From Escherichia phage HP3.2, in sequence record OP978391.1: a stretch of DNA of 64,000 nucleotides, one strand, 5' to 3'. Positions 10,513-19,969 of this stretch are shown here, one piece after another. The notes below the pieces were generated by a model that had not been told where the DNA came from, did no database searches, and worked only from the letters and a program-made list of their open reading frames with translations. The position numbers were made by a program, and so were the translations under genes. Every line of letters starts with the position of its first letter. Position 1 is the stretch's first letter.

Positions 10513-10552
10513 TCATATGTTAATAATACCACGGTTTGAACTTGTTGTAAAC
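10513..10552 (-). promoter_or_regulatory. T4-type early promoter
   Basis: Minus strand reads GTTTAC, about 18 nt, then GGTATTAT. Confidence 0.5.
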
Positions 10553-10650
10553 AACTTTGTGAAAAATATTTTAGGGAATGATAAGAAGGGAACGATAACT
10601 TAGAATGGTAATATACAGAATGTGAGAAAGAAAGGCCCAGAGGGCCCGTC

Positions 10651-10974
10651 TTAATCTTCTATGATATCTCTATCATATCCAAGTGAAATGAGAGTTTCTT
10701 TGAAGTGTTTAATGTTCTTTTGTCTAGAATCATTAATGAAAATGACTGGATAACGAATGTTAAGAGATGTGAATCCAGCACGTTTAGCAAGAGATACAAT
10801 CAGTGGACGATCATACTCAATCTTACCATTATTTGTAAGAACTTTATAGAAAGTAAAAGGAGCATTGAGCTCCTTTAGAAGTTTTGTAACTGATTGACAT
10901 CCAGGACAACGACCTACTTCTTCGGGGATGCCATAGATTTCAATCTTATTCTTTAAGTTCGAGTTTTGTTCCAC
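10651..10974 (-). CDS. nrdH: Glutaredoxin-like protein NrdH; probable GTG start
   Basis: CPGC redox motif in ...IEIYGIPEEVGRCPGCQSVTKLL...; no in-frame ATG clear of the upstream gene; a GTG with AAGGAA 9 nt upstream gives 107 aa. Confidence 0.55.
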   Translation of the reverse strand: MEQNSNLKNKIEIYGIPEEVGRCPGCQSVTKLLKELNAPFTFYKVLTNNGKIEYDRPLIVSLAKRAGFTSLNIRYPVIFINDSRQKNIKHFKETLISLGYDRDIIED

Positions 10975-11257
10975 GAGAAATAATTCCTTGATAAGCCCAG
11001 TATGGCGGGTTAACAGAATCCTCACCAGAGTTTTCTTCAGGAAAATAAACCTGGATAACAAATCCAGATGCATCAAAGGTAAAATAAACCGTAGGCAGTT
11101 CACCTAACAATTCGGCACGAGCATTAATTTCTTCGAGATCTCGTTCACGTCCAGCCCAAAAACTAGGATTTAGACTACATTCGTAAAAATAATAGTCATT
11201 ACCGAACATATCAAAACCCTTCCAACTCTCTACCACATACCGCTCAAAACTAATCAT
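10946..11257 (-). CDS. Hypothetical protein
   Basis: 103-aa ORF overlapping the nrdH start. Confidence 0.45.
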   Translation of the reverse strand: MISFERYVVESWKGFDMFGNDYYFYECSLNPSFWAGRERDLEEINARAELLGELPTVYFTFDASGFVIQVYFPEENSGEDSVNPPYWAYQGIISRGTKLELKE

Positions 11258-11259
11258 AA

Positions 11260-11475
11260 TTAAGCCTTTTTATCAAGAACAGAATTCAGCTTGTTAGTAA
11301 TTTTATCCAGACGCTCATTGAACTCGCTAGAAGATAAACTCTTTTCTGGAGAAATCAAACTAATCACGAAAAATATAGCAATAAAAGGAATAAGGAAAAT
11401 AGCTCCAACTGCCATAAACAGAAAGAACGTTACAGTTGTAAGAAAATCAGCTAAACCTTTACGAAATTTATACAT
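11260..11475 (-). CDS. Small membrane protein
   Basis: 71-aa ORF with hydrophobic core FFLFMAVGAIFLIPFIAIFFVISLI. Confidence 0.45.
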   Translation of the reverse strand: MYKFRKGLADFLTTVTFFLFMAVGAIFLIPFIAIFFVISLISPEKSLSSSEFNERLDKITNKLNSVLDKKA

Positions 11476-11590
11476 ATTTTACCCTTAATTGATTAACCAA
11501 GCATTGATAAGCACTAAACTATACTGCGAATAAAATTCTGGACCAAAATGAAAAATCATATCATTTATAGTATCCATAATGTAATTCAAT

Positions 11591-12061
11591 TTAATCATGT
11601 GTCCACACCCCATCGGTATTTGACCAAAGTCGCTGATTATCTGATCCTCGCCACAGCTTTTTGGTCGGAAGATTTTTCTCATACTTCCCATCAATAATAA
11701 CATCAACATATTTAAGCATTTCTAGTTGTTTAATATCTTCAAACTTATATCCTGTCCACAACCAAATGTCTTTCTCAGGAAATCTTGCTTTAACCCAAGA
11801 AACTAAATTTGAAATCTCTTCTCGGTTCTGTGGATAAAGTGGGTCACCACCGGTTAAGGTAAGGCCTTGGATATACGATTTGCTTAAATGGGACGCAAGT
11901 TCTTTAACGGTATTCATAGTGAATAACTGTCCGTTACGAGCATTCCAAGTACTACGATTATAACAACCTTCGCATTTATGCAAACATCCAGTGACGAAGA
12001 GAACGACCCTACATCCAGGGCCGTTAACGAAATCGCATGGATAAATTCTATCATAATTCAT
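11591..12061 (-). CDS. nrdG: Anaerobic ribonucleotide reductase activating protein NrdG
   Basis: Start at MNYDRIYPCDFVNGPGCRVVLFVTGCLHKCEGCYN (156 aa); radical-SAM cysteine cluster; matches T4 NrdG from memory. Confidence 0.9.
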   Translation of the reverse strand: MNYDRIYPCDFVNGPGCRVVLFVTGCLHKCEGCYNRSTWNARNGQLFTMNTVKELASHLSKSYIQGLTLTGGDPLYPQNREEISNLVSWVKARFPEKDIWLWTGYKFEDIKQLEMLKYVDVIIDGKYEKNLPTKKLWRGSDNQRLWSNTDGVWTHD

Positions 12062-12683
12062 CTTTATATTTCCAAGTATATCCCTTATGAATAGATTGAA
12101 TTCCTTTGCAACATTTATAAACAGCAGAATGAAAAAATCCTGCATTTCTTATTTCAGTTGCTCCAGTTAGTTCTATTGTATTTCCGTCTGGTGAATAGCC
12201 AATAACCGTTTTGGTGTTAAAGCGATTTCTAGAACTATTTTTGATATGCTCTTTATGACTAGTAGACAAAGTTCTTCCTGTTAGCCCATCAGATATCCTT
12301 TTTCCAAAATCATCAGGAAGAGTTACTTTAGACCTAGCTATGCTCATTAGCTTCTTAGTTTTATCGCTTCTTTTTGCGCCACGCTGATTTTCAAATTTCT
12401 TAGCTTTTGCATACGCGTATTGTGAAGAAGTAACTTTTCTATGCTTACTATTACTCATTATCCAATATGCATCATACATCTTTCCACCATATATTTTAGC
12501 CAATAAATGGTGAGCAGTATAGTGGGCCTTATAAGTTAAAAATACTAAGTTGTCTAAATCATCTGAACCACCCATACTTCTTGGAATTATATGATGAAGT
12601 TCATACCCGGCTTTAGTTTGACGGGGCTTAGATGGGTGTTCAGCAGAATTAACTAGATTTGAATAGATTCTGTCATAATTCAT
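12051..12683 (-). mobile_element. Free-standing HNH homing endonuclease gene inserted between nrdD and nrdG
   Basis: 210-aa ORF with HNH motif ELHHIIPRSMGGSDDLDNLVFLTYKAHYTAHH; its first 7 codons (MNYDRIY) duplicate the nrdG start; ATGA overlap with the nrdD stop; its stop lies inside nrdG codons 3-4. Confidence 0.8.
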
Positions 12684-14497
12684 TGGTGTTTAACCCTATG
12701 CATGATTTCTTTATTTTTACCGAGATTAAATCCGCGTTCGTTCGGGTTTCCCAAATAACCGCATGTTCTTCTTATTGTGTTCATCTTTTTAGGATCAGTT
12801 TCTCCACAAATAGAACAAACAAACCCGTTTTCAGTAGGAGTCATTTCATGGGTACTTCCACACGTAAAACATTTATCTACTGGCATATTAACACCAAAAT
12901 AATCTAAATGTTGTGCAGCATAATCCCATACAGCCTCAAGACCTTTTAAGTTATTTTTCATATCAGGAAGTTCAACATAAGAAATGTGACCACCTGTTGC
13001 AATGAAATGATACGGGGCTTCGCGAGAAATCTTTTCAAACGGAGTAATATTTTCTTCTACTGAAACATGGAAACTGTTAGTGTACCAGCCTTTATCAGTA
13101 ACATCCTTTACACTTCCATATTTTTCTGTATCAAGTTTACAGAAGCGATAGCAAAGGTTTTCAGCAGGAGTAGAATACAAGCTAAAAGCAAACCCAGTTC
13201 TTTCAGTCCACTGTTTAAGACGAGCATTCATTTTAGTTAAAATTTCCTGTCCAATATCACGACCGACAAGAATATTCAATTCGTGAATACCAATGTATCC
13301 TAAAGACACTGAACTTCTACCATTTTTAAATAACTCAATTATATCGTCATCAGGTTTAAGACGAACCCCGAATGCACCTTCTTGGTAAAGAATAGGAGCA
13401 ACAGTCGCTTTAACTCCTTTTAAGGAACTAATTCTACACATCAAAGCTTCAAAACATAAATCCATTCGCTCATTGAATAATTTAACAAATTTCTGTTCAT
13501 TGAACTGTGTTCCAATATAAGAATCCAACGCAATACGAGGAAGATTCAGTGTTACAACACCAAGATTATTACGTCCATCAAGAATTTCATTACCAGTCGA
13601 ATCTTTCCATACGCTCAAGAAACTACGGCAACCCATTGGAGAAACAGGAACAGATGAACCAGTGATAGCTTTATTGTTCTTAGCTGAAATAATATCAGGA
13701 TACATCCTTTTGCTTGCACACTCTAGAGCAAGCTGCTTAATATCATAGTTCGGATCGTCTTTATAAAGATTAACACCTTCTTCAACAAACATAACAAGCT
13801 TAGGGAAAATAGGAGTTATCCCATCACGACCAAGACCTTTAATACGATTTTTCAGAATTGCTTTCTGAATCATTCGTTCAGTCCAGTCAGTTCCCGTACC
13901 AAATGTAATTGTTACAAAAGGTGTTTGTCCGTTTGAACTAAAGAGAGTATTTACTTCATATTCATAAGCTTGGAATGCATCGTATACGTCTTTTTCTGTT
14001 TTAGATTGAGCATAATTCAACGCATCAGCGATTTGCCATTTTTCTGCATCCTCAATATGTTTTGCATATGTGCGTTTAACATAAGGAGAAAGTACTTTAT
14101 CTACATTCGCAAAAGTCGTTCCGCCATATTGATGGGAAGCAACCTGTGCAGTAATTTGTGCCATAATTGCAGTAGCAACACCGATTGATTTAGGAGTTTC
14201 AATCTGCGCATTACCAAGCTTAAATCCGTTCTCAAGCATTCCTTTTAAATCTACTAAACAACAATTAGTAAATGGAAGAGCAGGGGAATAATCAATATCA
14301 TGGAAATGAATAATTCCGCTTTCATGCGCTTTCATAATAAAAGACGGGACCATATTTTTGGCAATGTGTTTAGACACAATACCAGCCATAAGGTCCCGTT
14401 GAGTTGGAAAAACACGAGAATCTTTATTAGCATTCTCGTTCAAAAGGTCTTTATTAGTTTTATGAATCAATCCTTCAATTTCTTTTTCAATTGTCAT
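12680..14497 (-). CDS. nrdD: Anaerobic ribonucleoside-triphosphate reductase NrdD, uninterrupted
   Basis: Continuous 605-aa ORF MTIEKEIEGLIHKTNKDLL... with C-terminal glycyl-radical region and CxxC pairs. Confidence 0.9.
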   Translation of the reverse strand: MTIEKEIEGLIHKTNKDLLNENANKDSRVFPTQRDLMAGIVSKHIAKNMVPSFIMKAHESGIIHFHDIDYSPALPFTNCCLVDLKGMLENGFKLGNAQIETPKSIGVATAIMAQITAQVASHQYGGTTFANVDKVLSPYVKRTYAKHIEDAEKWQIADALNYAQSKTEKDVYDAFQAYEYEVNTLFSSNGQTPFVTITFGTGTDWTERMIQKAILKNRIKGLGRDGITPIFPKLVMFVEEGVNLYKDDPNYDIKQLALECASKRMYPDIISAKNNKAITGSSVPVSPMGCRSFLSVWKDSTGNEILDGRNNLGVVTLNLPRIALDSYIGTQFNEQKFVKLFNERMDLCFEALMCRISSLKGVKATVAPILYQEGAFGVRLKPDDDIIELFKNGRSSVSLGYIGIHELNILVGRDIGQEILTKMNARLKQWTERTGFAFSLYSTPAENLCYRFCKLDTEKYGSVKDVTDKGWYTNSFHVSVEENITPFEKISREAPYHFIATGGHISYVELPDMKNNLKGLEAVWDYAAQHLDYFGVNMPVDKCFTCGSTHEMTPTENGFVCSICGETDPKKMNTIRRTCGYLGNPNERGFNLGKNKEIMHRVKHQ

Positions 14498-14967
14498 TTT
14501 AAACTCTTTCTAAGCTGCTTCTTAAATGAAGCTATTAACTGTGTTTTAGTGTCAGATTCATTATATTCAAATCCTCTTTGAAGCATCTCAGCCATCATTT
14601 CCTCTTTTCCTAAACGAGAAAATTCCTTTGATTTATCTCCAATAAAGTTAGGGTGAATATTATTTTGGGTGTAATCGGATTTTAAATAAGTAAGTAAATT
14701 TTCTAACCATTCAAGATAATCAACACCTTGTCCCTTTAAGCCAGAACGATTAAATTTATGCTTCATTTGACCTTCTGCGGCATTGCAGAGATTACAAAGC
14801 AATCCACGTACCTTTCCTGCTTTTGGTCCATTTAATTCATGATCATGGTCAAGGTGATTAGCTTGAACATCAGGATTTAGTTCTCGTTGGCAAATTAAGC
14901 ATTTACCGTTTTGTGCATTATAAAATTTCTGTTTTTCTTCTTTGTATAATTTGCCAGTCAATAACAT
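14494..14967 (-). CDS. 49: Endonuclease VII (Holliday junction resolvase)
   Basis: 157-aa ORF MLLTGKLYKEEKQKFYNAQNGKCLICQRELNP...; matches T4 gp49 from memory. Confidence 0.9.
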   Translation of the reverse strand: MLLTGKLYKEEKQKFYNAQNGKCLICQRELNPDVQANHLDHDHELNGPKAGKVRGLLCNLCNAAEGQMKHKFNRSGLKGQGVDYLEWLENLLTYLKSDYTQNNIHPNFIGDKSKEFSRLGKEEMMAEMLQRGFEYNESDTKTQLIASFKKQLRKSLK

Positions 14968-15008
14968 AATAAACCCTTACCTTAAATAGATAAGGGTATT
15001 TATTATTT

Positions 15009-15494
15009 TCAAGTATTGTAAAACATTTGATTCAATCGCTTATATTGCCGAATCTTTTGGTCAGAAAAAGAAATTTGGGTTTCAAGCCATTCAATATATT
15101 CTGCCGCAGCTTGCATCAAATTTCCTTCATAGCCATCGTTATTTTCTTGTGCAGCTAATTTAGCTAATGCGTATGAAATACGTTCACCTTGAAAATCGGC
15201 TTTAGGCTTCTGAACAACTTGATTAGTTCGCTCTACAACTTCTTCAATTTCGCCATTTTCAATGGATTCAGTATTCCACAAGCACCAATACGTAATTGGC
15301 TTATCGTAGATGTTAATAATCTTTCCGTCGGAAAGTTCAATTTCAATAATTCCAGTATCAGGCTCTATATCATCTTCACATTCTTTTGCAAGTTCACGAA
15401 CTTTAAAGACAGTACCTGCACTAAGTTCCGGCCAGTAATTACACAGCCCTGTATCAGCACGATTAATTCTAAACCACTTATCTACTGTAATCAT
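15009..15494 (-). CDS. pin: Protease inhibitor Pin
   Basis: ORF 15009..15512; start taken at MITVDKWFRINRADTGL (161 aa), T4 pin position. Confidence 0.7.
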   Translation of the reverse strand: MITVDKWFRINRADTGLCNYWPELSAGTVFKVRELAKECEDDIEPDTGIIEIELSDGKIINIYDKPITYWCLWNTESIENGEIEEVVERTNQVVQKPKADFQGERISYALAKLAAQENNDGYEGNLMQAAAEYIEWLETQISFSDQKIRQYKRLNQMFYNT

Positions 15495-15616
15495 GTCCCA
15501 TCTCCATATCAATTAAGTCATTTATCGTTGGTTCATTATATATTGTTTCTTCATCAGTGTAAACCGGTTCTTCCGGCTCTGGCTCTACAGTTTCCCATCT
15601 AGCCGCCCACCAAGGT

Positions 15617-15787
15617 TTAACCCCGAAGCTTATTAAGTTCTTCATAATCAATCCAAGATTCTAGTCCTGATGGCAGGTCACATTCAATTTCCCAAAGAAG
15701 TTCTTCAATTTTCTGAAGACGATCTAGTTCTTCGGCTGGAATAGTAACCATTGACGGAGCTCGTGATACATTAATATCGTAAATCAT
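15617..15787 (-). CDS. Hypothetical small protein
   Basis: ORF 15617..15826; start placed at MIYDINV to clear the upstream gene. Confidence 0.35.
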   Translation of the reverse strand: MIYDINVSRAPSMVTIPAEELDRLQKIEELLWEIECDLPSGLESWIDYEELNKLRG

Positions 15788-15789
15788 AT

Positions 15790-16005
15790 TTACCCCAGTT
15801 TGACCATGCAATCGCCGTATTTCCACTTAGAAATAGACTTTTCGCCATTAGAATAATAAACTTCGAGTTTAGCACGATTATTTTTAATTTGAATAACCTT
15901 GGCTGTCATCAAAGTTCCATACCCATAATAAACTGCAACTTCATCACCTACATATACCGCGCTTCCGCGGTAATCATGAATATAGTCAGTTCCTTCGAGC
16001 ATCAT
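15790..16005 (-). CDS. Hypothetical protein
   Basis: 71-aa ORF with ATGA overlap to nrdC. Confidence 0.45.
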   Translation of the reverse strand: MMLEGTDYIHDYRGSAVYVGDEVAVYYGYGTLMTAKVIQIKNNRAKLEVYYSNGEKSISKWKYGDCMVKLG

Positions 16006-16265
16006 TTAAAATATTCTCGCAGTTGGTCAAATCCACCAATATGACTTCCATCAGGAGCAAATACCTGAGGCATTGTCAAGCCGATTTGAGTATCACGACC
16101 TAGTTTAGTCAGAAGCTCAGCGATTTTCTCATCATCAAAAACACCTTTTTCCGGCATAATGTTGATAAATTCAAACGGCTGTTTCTTCACAGTCAAAAGA
16201 CGTTTTGCATTATCGCAATACACGCATTTATGAATGTTGCTATCATAACCATATACTTTAAACAT
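16002..16265 (-). CDS. nrdC: Thioredoxin/glutaredoxin NrdC
   Basis: 87-aa ORF MFKVYGYDSNIHKCVYCDNAKRLL... with CVYC active site; matches T4 thioredoxin from memory. Confidence 0.9.
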   Translation of the reverse strand: MFKVYGYDSNIHKCVYCDNAKRLLTVKKQPFEFINIMPEKGVFDDEKIAELLTKLGRDTQIGLTMPQVFAPDGSHIGGFDQLREYFK

Positions 16266-16266
16266 A

Positions 16267-16509
16267 TTATTCCTTAATTCCTAGTACTTGTTTAAAAGTC
16301 TCGTCGTAATCAAGACTTTGGCCCGTTTGTTCTTTATGTTTGTATATAATATCACTTACTTCTGATAGCATATTTTTATATGAACGAGTTAAAGCAGATT
16401 TAAGCACGCTGTATCTATCAGGAAATTTACCGTGTTCATTATAATAAGCTATTGCTAATTCACGGACTGCCTTTTCAGCAGCCTCCATATATTCTTTACG
16501 CTTGGTCAT
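16267..16509 (-). CDS. Hypothetical protein
   Basis: 80-aa ORF. Confidence 0.45.
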   Translation of the reverse strand: MTKRKEYMEAAEKAVRELAIAYYNEHGKFPDRYSVLKSALTRSYKNMLSEVSDIIYKHKEQTGQSLDYDETFKQVLGIKE

Positions 16510-16511
16510 TT

Positions 16512-16901
16512 TTAATCCAAAATATTATTAGGCATTGGTTGAACACTCACAAGTTCTTTAAAGAACTCAGTAGAGTCAGGCAATTTAACCATTTCCGGAG
16601 CATGCTTACTGAATTTATGTTTACATTGACGGCATTTATATTCAAGCTCTGGTTTACGCCAGTTAATCAACTGAACTTGTTCAGTACCGCATTCAGGGCA
16701 ATTAGGAACGTTTTTAGAAGCTCTTTCACGTCGTTCAACCATAGCCATAATAGCATCCCATGCTGGAGGTTTAAAATCTAAATCGTCGCAGCCGTGAATC
16801 TTTCCACGCATTTCCATATCATCTTCCTCACCAGCCATAATAATTTTAATTAAACTGGAATTACTTGAAGCTGCAATGTCTTCTAATAAACGCTTTTTCA
16901 T
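16512..16901 (-). CDS. Zinc-ribbon protein
   Basis: 129-aa ORF with CPECG...CRQC. Confidence 0.5.
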   Translation of the reverse strand: MKKRLLEDIAASSNSSLIKIIMAGEEDDMEMRGKIHGCDDLDFKPPAWDAIMAMVERRERASKNVPNCPECGTEQVQLINWRKPELEYKCRQCKHKFSKHAPEMVKLPDSTEFFKELVSVQPMPNNILD

Positions 16902-17827
16902 TTCAATACCTCAATAGCATTACGTAAACCATTTGCTTTTGCATTAAGAGCTTTTAACAATTTGGTGTGTTCTGCAATTTGGGCTTCAACTTCAATCAAA
17001 CGGGCATTGAGATATTCACGTTCTTCACTCAGATTATCAACCTTTTCTACTTTAGGCTCTTTTACAACTGTCTTATATGTATTAGGGTTCTTCAGTTTAA
17101 TTAGAATGCGTGAACTGTATAACATTGAACCATTATCTTCGGTTTCGTCATACATTTCCACTACGTCCATAATTTTTAACATCATGCGGAGTTTATAAGA
17201 CAACGAACGAATAGTTTTGTTGTGCTTATTAATTTCTTTAGCTGTCATGGTGCCAAGATTACGTGAGTAATAATAAGGAACCTGGATATTAATTAATACT
17301 GATGAACCACCTGGCTTGTGTGTTACTTCATCAGCAATAACCCAGTCCTTAACATGAACTGTATTTGTACGGTCATCGCCCGCGGTAAATAGTTTGCGAG
17401 CATGCTTAAAAAGCATATTCACTTGGTCATTGAATTGACAAGCAAATTTATCAGCAAATTTAGTTTCAGGAATGGTAGAAAACCAATCAGCCAAATGAGT
17501 CTTTTTAACATCATTAACAATAGTAAATTCAACCAAATCGGTTATAGATGTCTCAGATTTAATGAAGCTCGGCTTCATAAAGTTTTTAATGTTCTCATGA
17601 GCTACAGTAGAAGATAACATACGAGAACGTTTAAACCATTCAAGCAAATTGCCTAACGAATGAGAATAAGCGTTTTGAGTATCTTTACAGATATGATTTT
17701 CCTGACCAACATATTGAAGGAAATCACGAAGAATATTATTGATTACTGCTCTGTGCCCGATCTGATAATTACGGTGTTTAGTAATAAGACTGTCAAAATA
17801 ATCAATATAATGTTTACGAGTTTTCAT
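16898..17827 (-). CDS. Hypothetical protein with C-terminal coiled coil
   Basis: 309-aa ORF; last 45 aa heptad-rich ([44 protein letters not shown]). Confidence 0.55.
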   Translation of the reverse strand: MKTRKHYIDYFDSLITKHRNYQIGHRAVINNILRDFLQYVGQENHICKDTQNAYSHSLGNLLEWFKRSRMLSSTVAHENIKNFMKPSFIKSETSITDLVEFTIVNDVKKTHLADWFSTIPETKFADKFACQFNDQVNMLFKHARKLFTAGDDRTNTVHVKDWVIADEVTHKPGGSSVLINIQVPYYYSRNLGTMTAKEINKHNKTIRSLSYKLRMMLKIMDVVEMYDETEDNGSMLYSSRILIKLKNPNTYKTVVKEPKVEKVDNLSEEREYLNARLIEVEAQIAEHTKLLKALNAKANGLRNAIEVLK

Positions 17828-17879
17828 ATTCTTCTCACTTGGTTAATGGTTTATACTCCGAGCCATCCTTGGCTTTAAA

Positions 17880-18881
17880 TTACTTAATTAACTGTAAAGC
17901 TTGTTCAAGACGATCAAGACGATTAACGGATTCTTCCCAAATCTTTTTAGCCTGCTCATATTCTTTCTGCGCTTTATTAGAAATTTCTAGAACTTCTTTA
18001 TAAGCTTTTTCTAGTGCAATAACTTCTGGACGAATTTCTACTGGTTCAGGCGAATCGTCAAGACATTCCATTAGTTCCTCAAGGGTAGTTTCTTCTTTAG
18101 GAGTATTCACAATTTCATCACATTTTTGTTGGTAAATTTCTTTATCAGTCGGTGAGTACGCACACTTTACTTCACGGAGACTAACTACAATTTTATATCC
18201 TTCCCAACCGCATATATTCTTAAAAGGATAAGTATGAATATTTTCTACTGTTTCCATACAAAGTAATGCGGTCTCTAACTGACGAGTTATATCGCTAGCA
18301 ATTGAGAAAAATTTATTAATGTTCTTTTGATTAGCTTCTGGTGTAAAAAATTCATAATTCACAAAAATAGCTGCTTTATTTTTATCAAGCTCATATTCTT
18401 TTATGATAATCATATCAGAAGCCCAAGGATGGATTTGACGATAATCACCATAGCATAATTTAGAAGCTGATTTTAGAATTTGCTTCTTGAAAAGTCTAAA
18501 ATTACTAATCCAACGACGAGTAAAAATATTCTCAGGGTCTTCTTTATTATTAAGATGATAAGAATTAACATCACCGAACCAACTGTATCCTACTACATCT
18601 TTAGTTCGTTTAATTTCTTTCCCAAATTTACCAAGAATATCTTGATTAACTAAATATGAAAGAAGACGAGAACCTTTAAAAGTTTCCTTAATATCATCTT
18701 TATATTCGCGACTAGAAATTTTATGAACTTCATGAATAAATTTGCTTGAAGAAACAATACTTGCATCAATATTATTGAGCCATTGATTGATAATGGAAAT
18801 AACACTATTCTGACTAAACACAGGTTTAACTTTATCATCAATAACGCTATTGAATGATTTGATATATTCGTTACGAGTCAT
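17880..18881 (-). CDS. Hypothetical protein with C-terminal coiled coil
   Basis: ORF 17880..18932; start taken at MTRNEYIKS, preceded by GAGGAG and a TGTGGTATAAT promoter; shares motif RRWISNFRLFKKQILKSASKL with the next gene. Confidence 0.55.
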   Translation of the reverse strand: MTRNEYIKSFNSVIDDKVKPVFSQNSVISIINQWLNNIDASIVSSSKFIHEVHKISSREYKDDIKETFKGSRLLSYLVNQDILGKFGKEIKRTKDVVGYSWFGDVNSYHLNNKEDPENIFTRRWISNFRLFKKQILKSASKLCYGDYRQIHPWASDMIIIKEYELDKNKAAIFVNYEFFTPEANQKNINKFFSIASDITRQLETALLCMETVENIHTYPFKNICGWEGYKIVVSLREVKCAYSPTDKEIYQQKCDEIVNTPKEETTLEELMECLDDSPEPVEIRPEVIALEKAYKEVLEISNKAQKEYEQAKKIWEESVNRLDRLEQALQLIK

Positions 18882-18896
18882 ATTAATCTCCTCAGT

Positions 18897-18929
18897 AGAA
18901 AGTAAGAACATTATACCACATCCTTGTGG
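18897..18929 (-). promoter_or_regulatory. T4-type early promoter
   Basis: Minus strand reads GTTTAC, spacer, then TGTGGTATAAT. Confidence 0.5.
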
Positions 18930-18938
18930 CAAAGTAAA

Positions 18939-19961
18939 CTAGTTTAGTGCATTTAGTGCGTTGTTCAGTTTAGAACGTTGCTTCGTAAGATTTTTGACTT
19001 TTTCTTGAGCTTTTTCTAGCATCTTTTCAGCTTCTAACACTTCATTAGTTGCTTTAACGAGTTCATCATCTACTGCCTTGATAGACTTCTCAATCGCATC
19101 CGCGTGCCATTTTTCAACAGGTTTAAGACTCGGATTTTCAACAGGAAGAAAATTCACTTTATTGAATTTCCATGTATCTTTATTACCTGAACTATACATC
19201 CAAAATTTAGGATCGTTTGATGAGTAATTGGATAAATTTAAGATATCTTGCACTTCCTGCTTTTTCTCTTGCGGGACTTCGTCCTTTCTCAAAAAATCGT
19301 ATTTAAATGAAACGATCATATCAAGTTCATACGTTGTTGTATGTTCCCAATTTCGCTCAAAATGAGGTAAAATCTTAGACTGAACCGCGGCAACTACATC
19401 CATATACTTAAATGCTTCTGTCAACTGTGATTTAAGGCATTCACAAATTGAAAGAGAATTTTTTGTATTAGGTTTAAAGCTAATTCGTGCAGTTCTGTTA
19501 TTTTCTTTTAATGGTCTTACTTCCATCTGAAGAGTATAACCATCAAATTTCAGATTCTTTAAGTTAATATCAGAACCTTTTAATCGACTAGCAGTAGACA
19601 AAATTTGCTTTAATTGTTTACGGAATAGAGCAATAAATCTCCATTCAATACGATAATGATTTGGATTGAAAAATCCAGATGATAAATCGACCTTACTCTG
19701 ACCAACACCTTGAACAAATAGAGGATTTTTATAATCAATAGTTTTACAGAAATCGGTGAGCTGTTCACGAGCAGTCATTTGAGTAATATACCCAGCTTCA
19801 TTAAAATTACGCACCCATTCACTGCTGTTCAGATGTTTAAAGGCGTGAATGGAACAATTAACTTTACCAAGGTCTAAATTATTTTCGCACAAAAATGTCA
19901 TAGCATCACGAGTATAGCTGGCATTACGAACCATATCTTCAATTTGAGAACGAGTTTTCAT
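18939..19961 (-). CDS. Hypothetical protein with C-terminal coiled coil
   Basis: 340-aa ORF; motif RIEWRFIALFRKQLKQILSTASRL; C-terminal heptads. Confidence 0.55.
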   Translation of the reverse strand: MKTRSQIEDMVRNASYTRDAMTFLCENNLDLGKVNCSIHAFKHLNSSEWVRNFNEAGYITQMTAREQLTDFCKTIDYKNPLFVQGVGQSKVDLSSGFFNPNHYRIEWRFIALFRKQLKQILSTASRLKGSDINLKNLKFDGYTLQMEVRPLKENNRTARISFKPNTKNSLSICECLKSQLTEAFKYMDVVAAVQSKILPHFERNWEHTTTYELDMIVSFKYDFLRKDEVPQEKKQEVQDILNLSNYSSNDPKFWMYSSGNKDTWKFNKVNFLPVENPSLKPVEKWHADAIEKSIKAVDDELVKATNEVLEAEKMLEKAQEKVKNLTKQRSKLNNALNALN

Positions 19962-19969
19962 GGTGTTCC

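Noticed and set aside
12680-14497. Search for a group I intron or split nrdD
   Set aside because: The nrdD reading frame is continuous over 605 codons, with no stop or frame break that would indicate an intron
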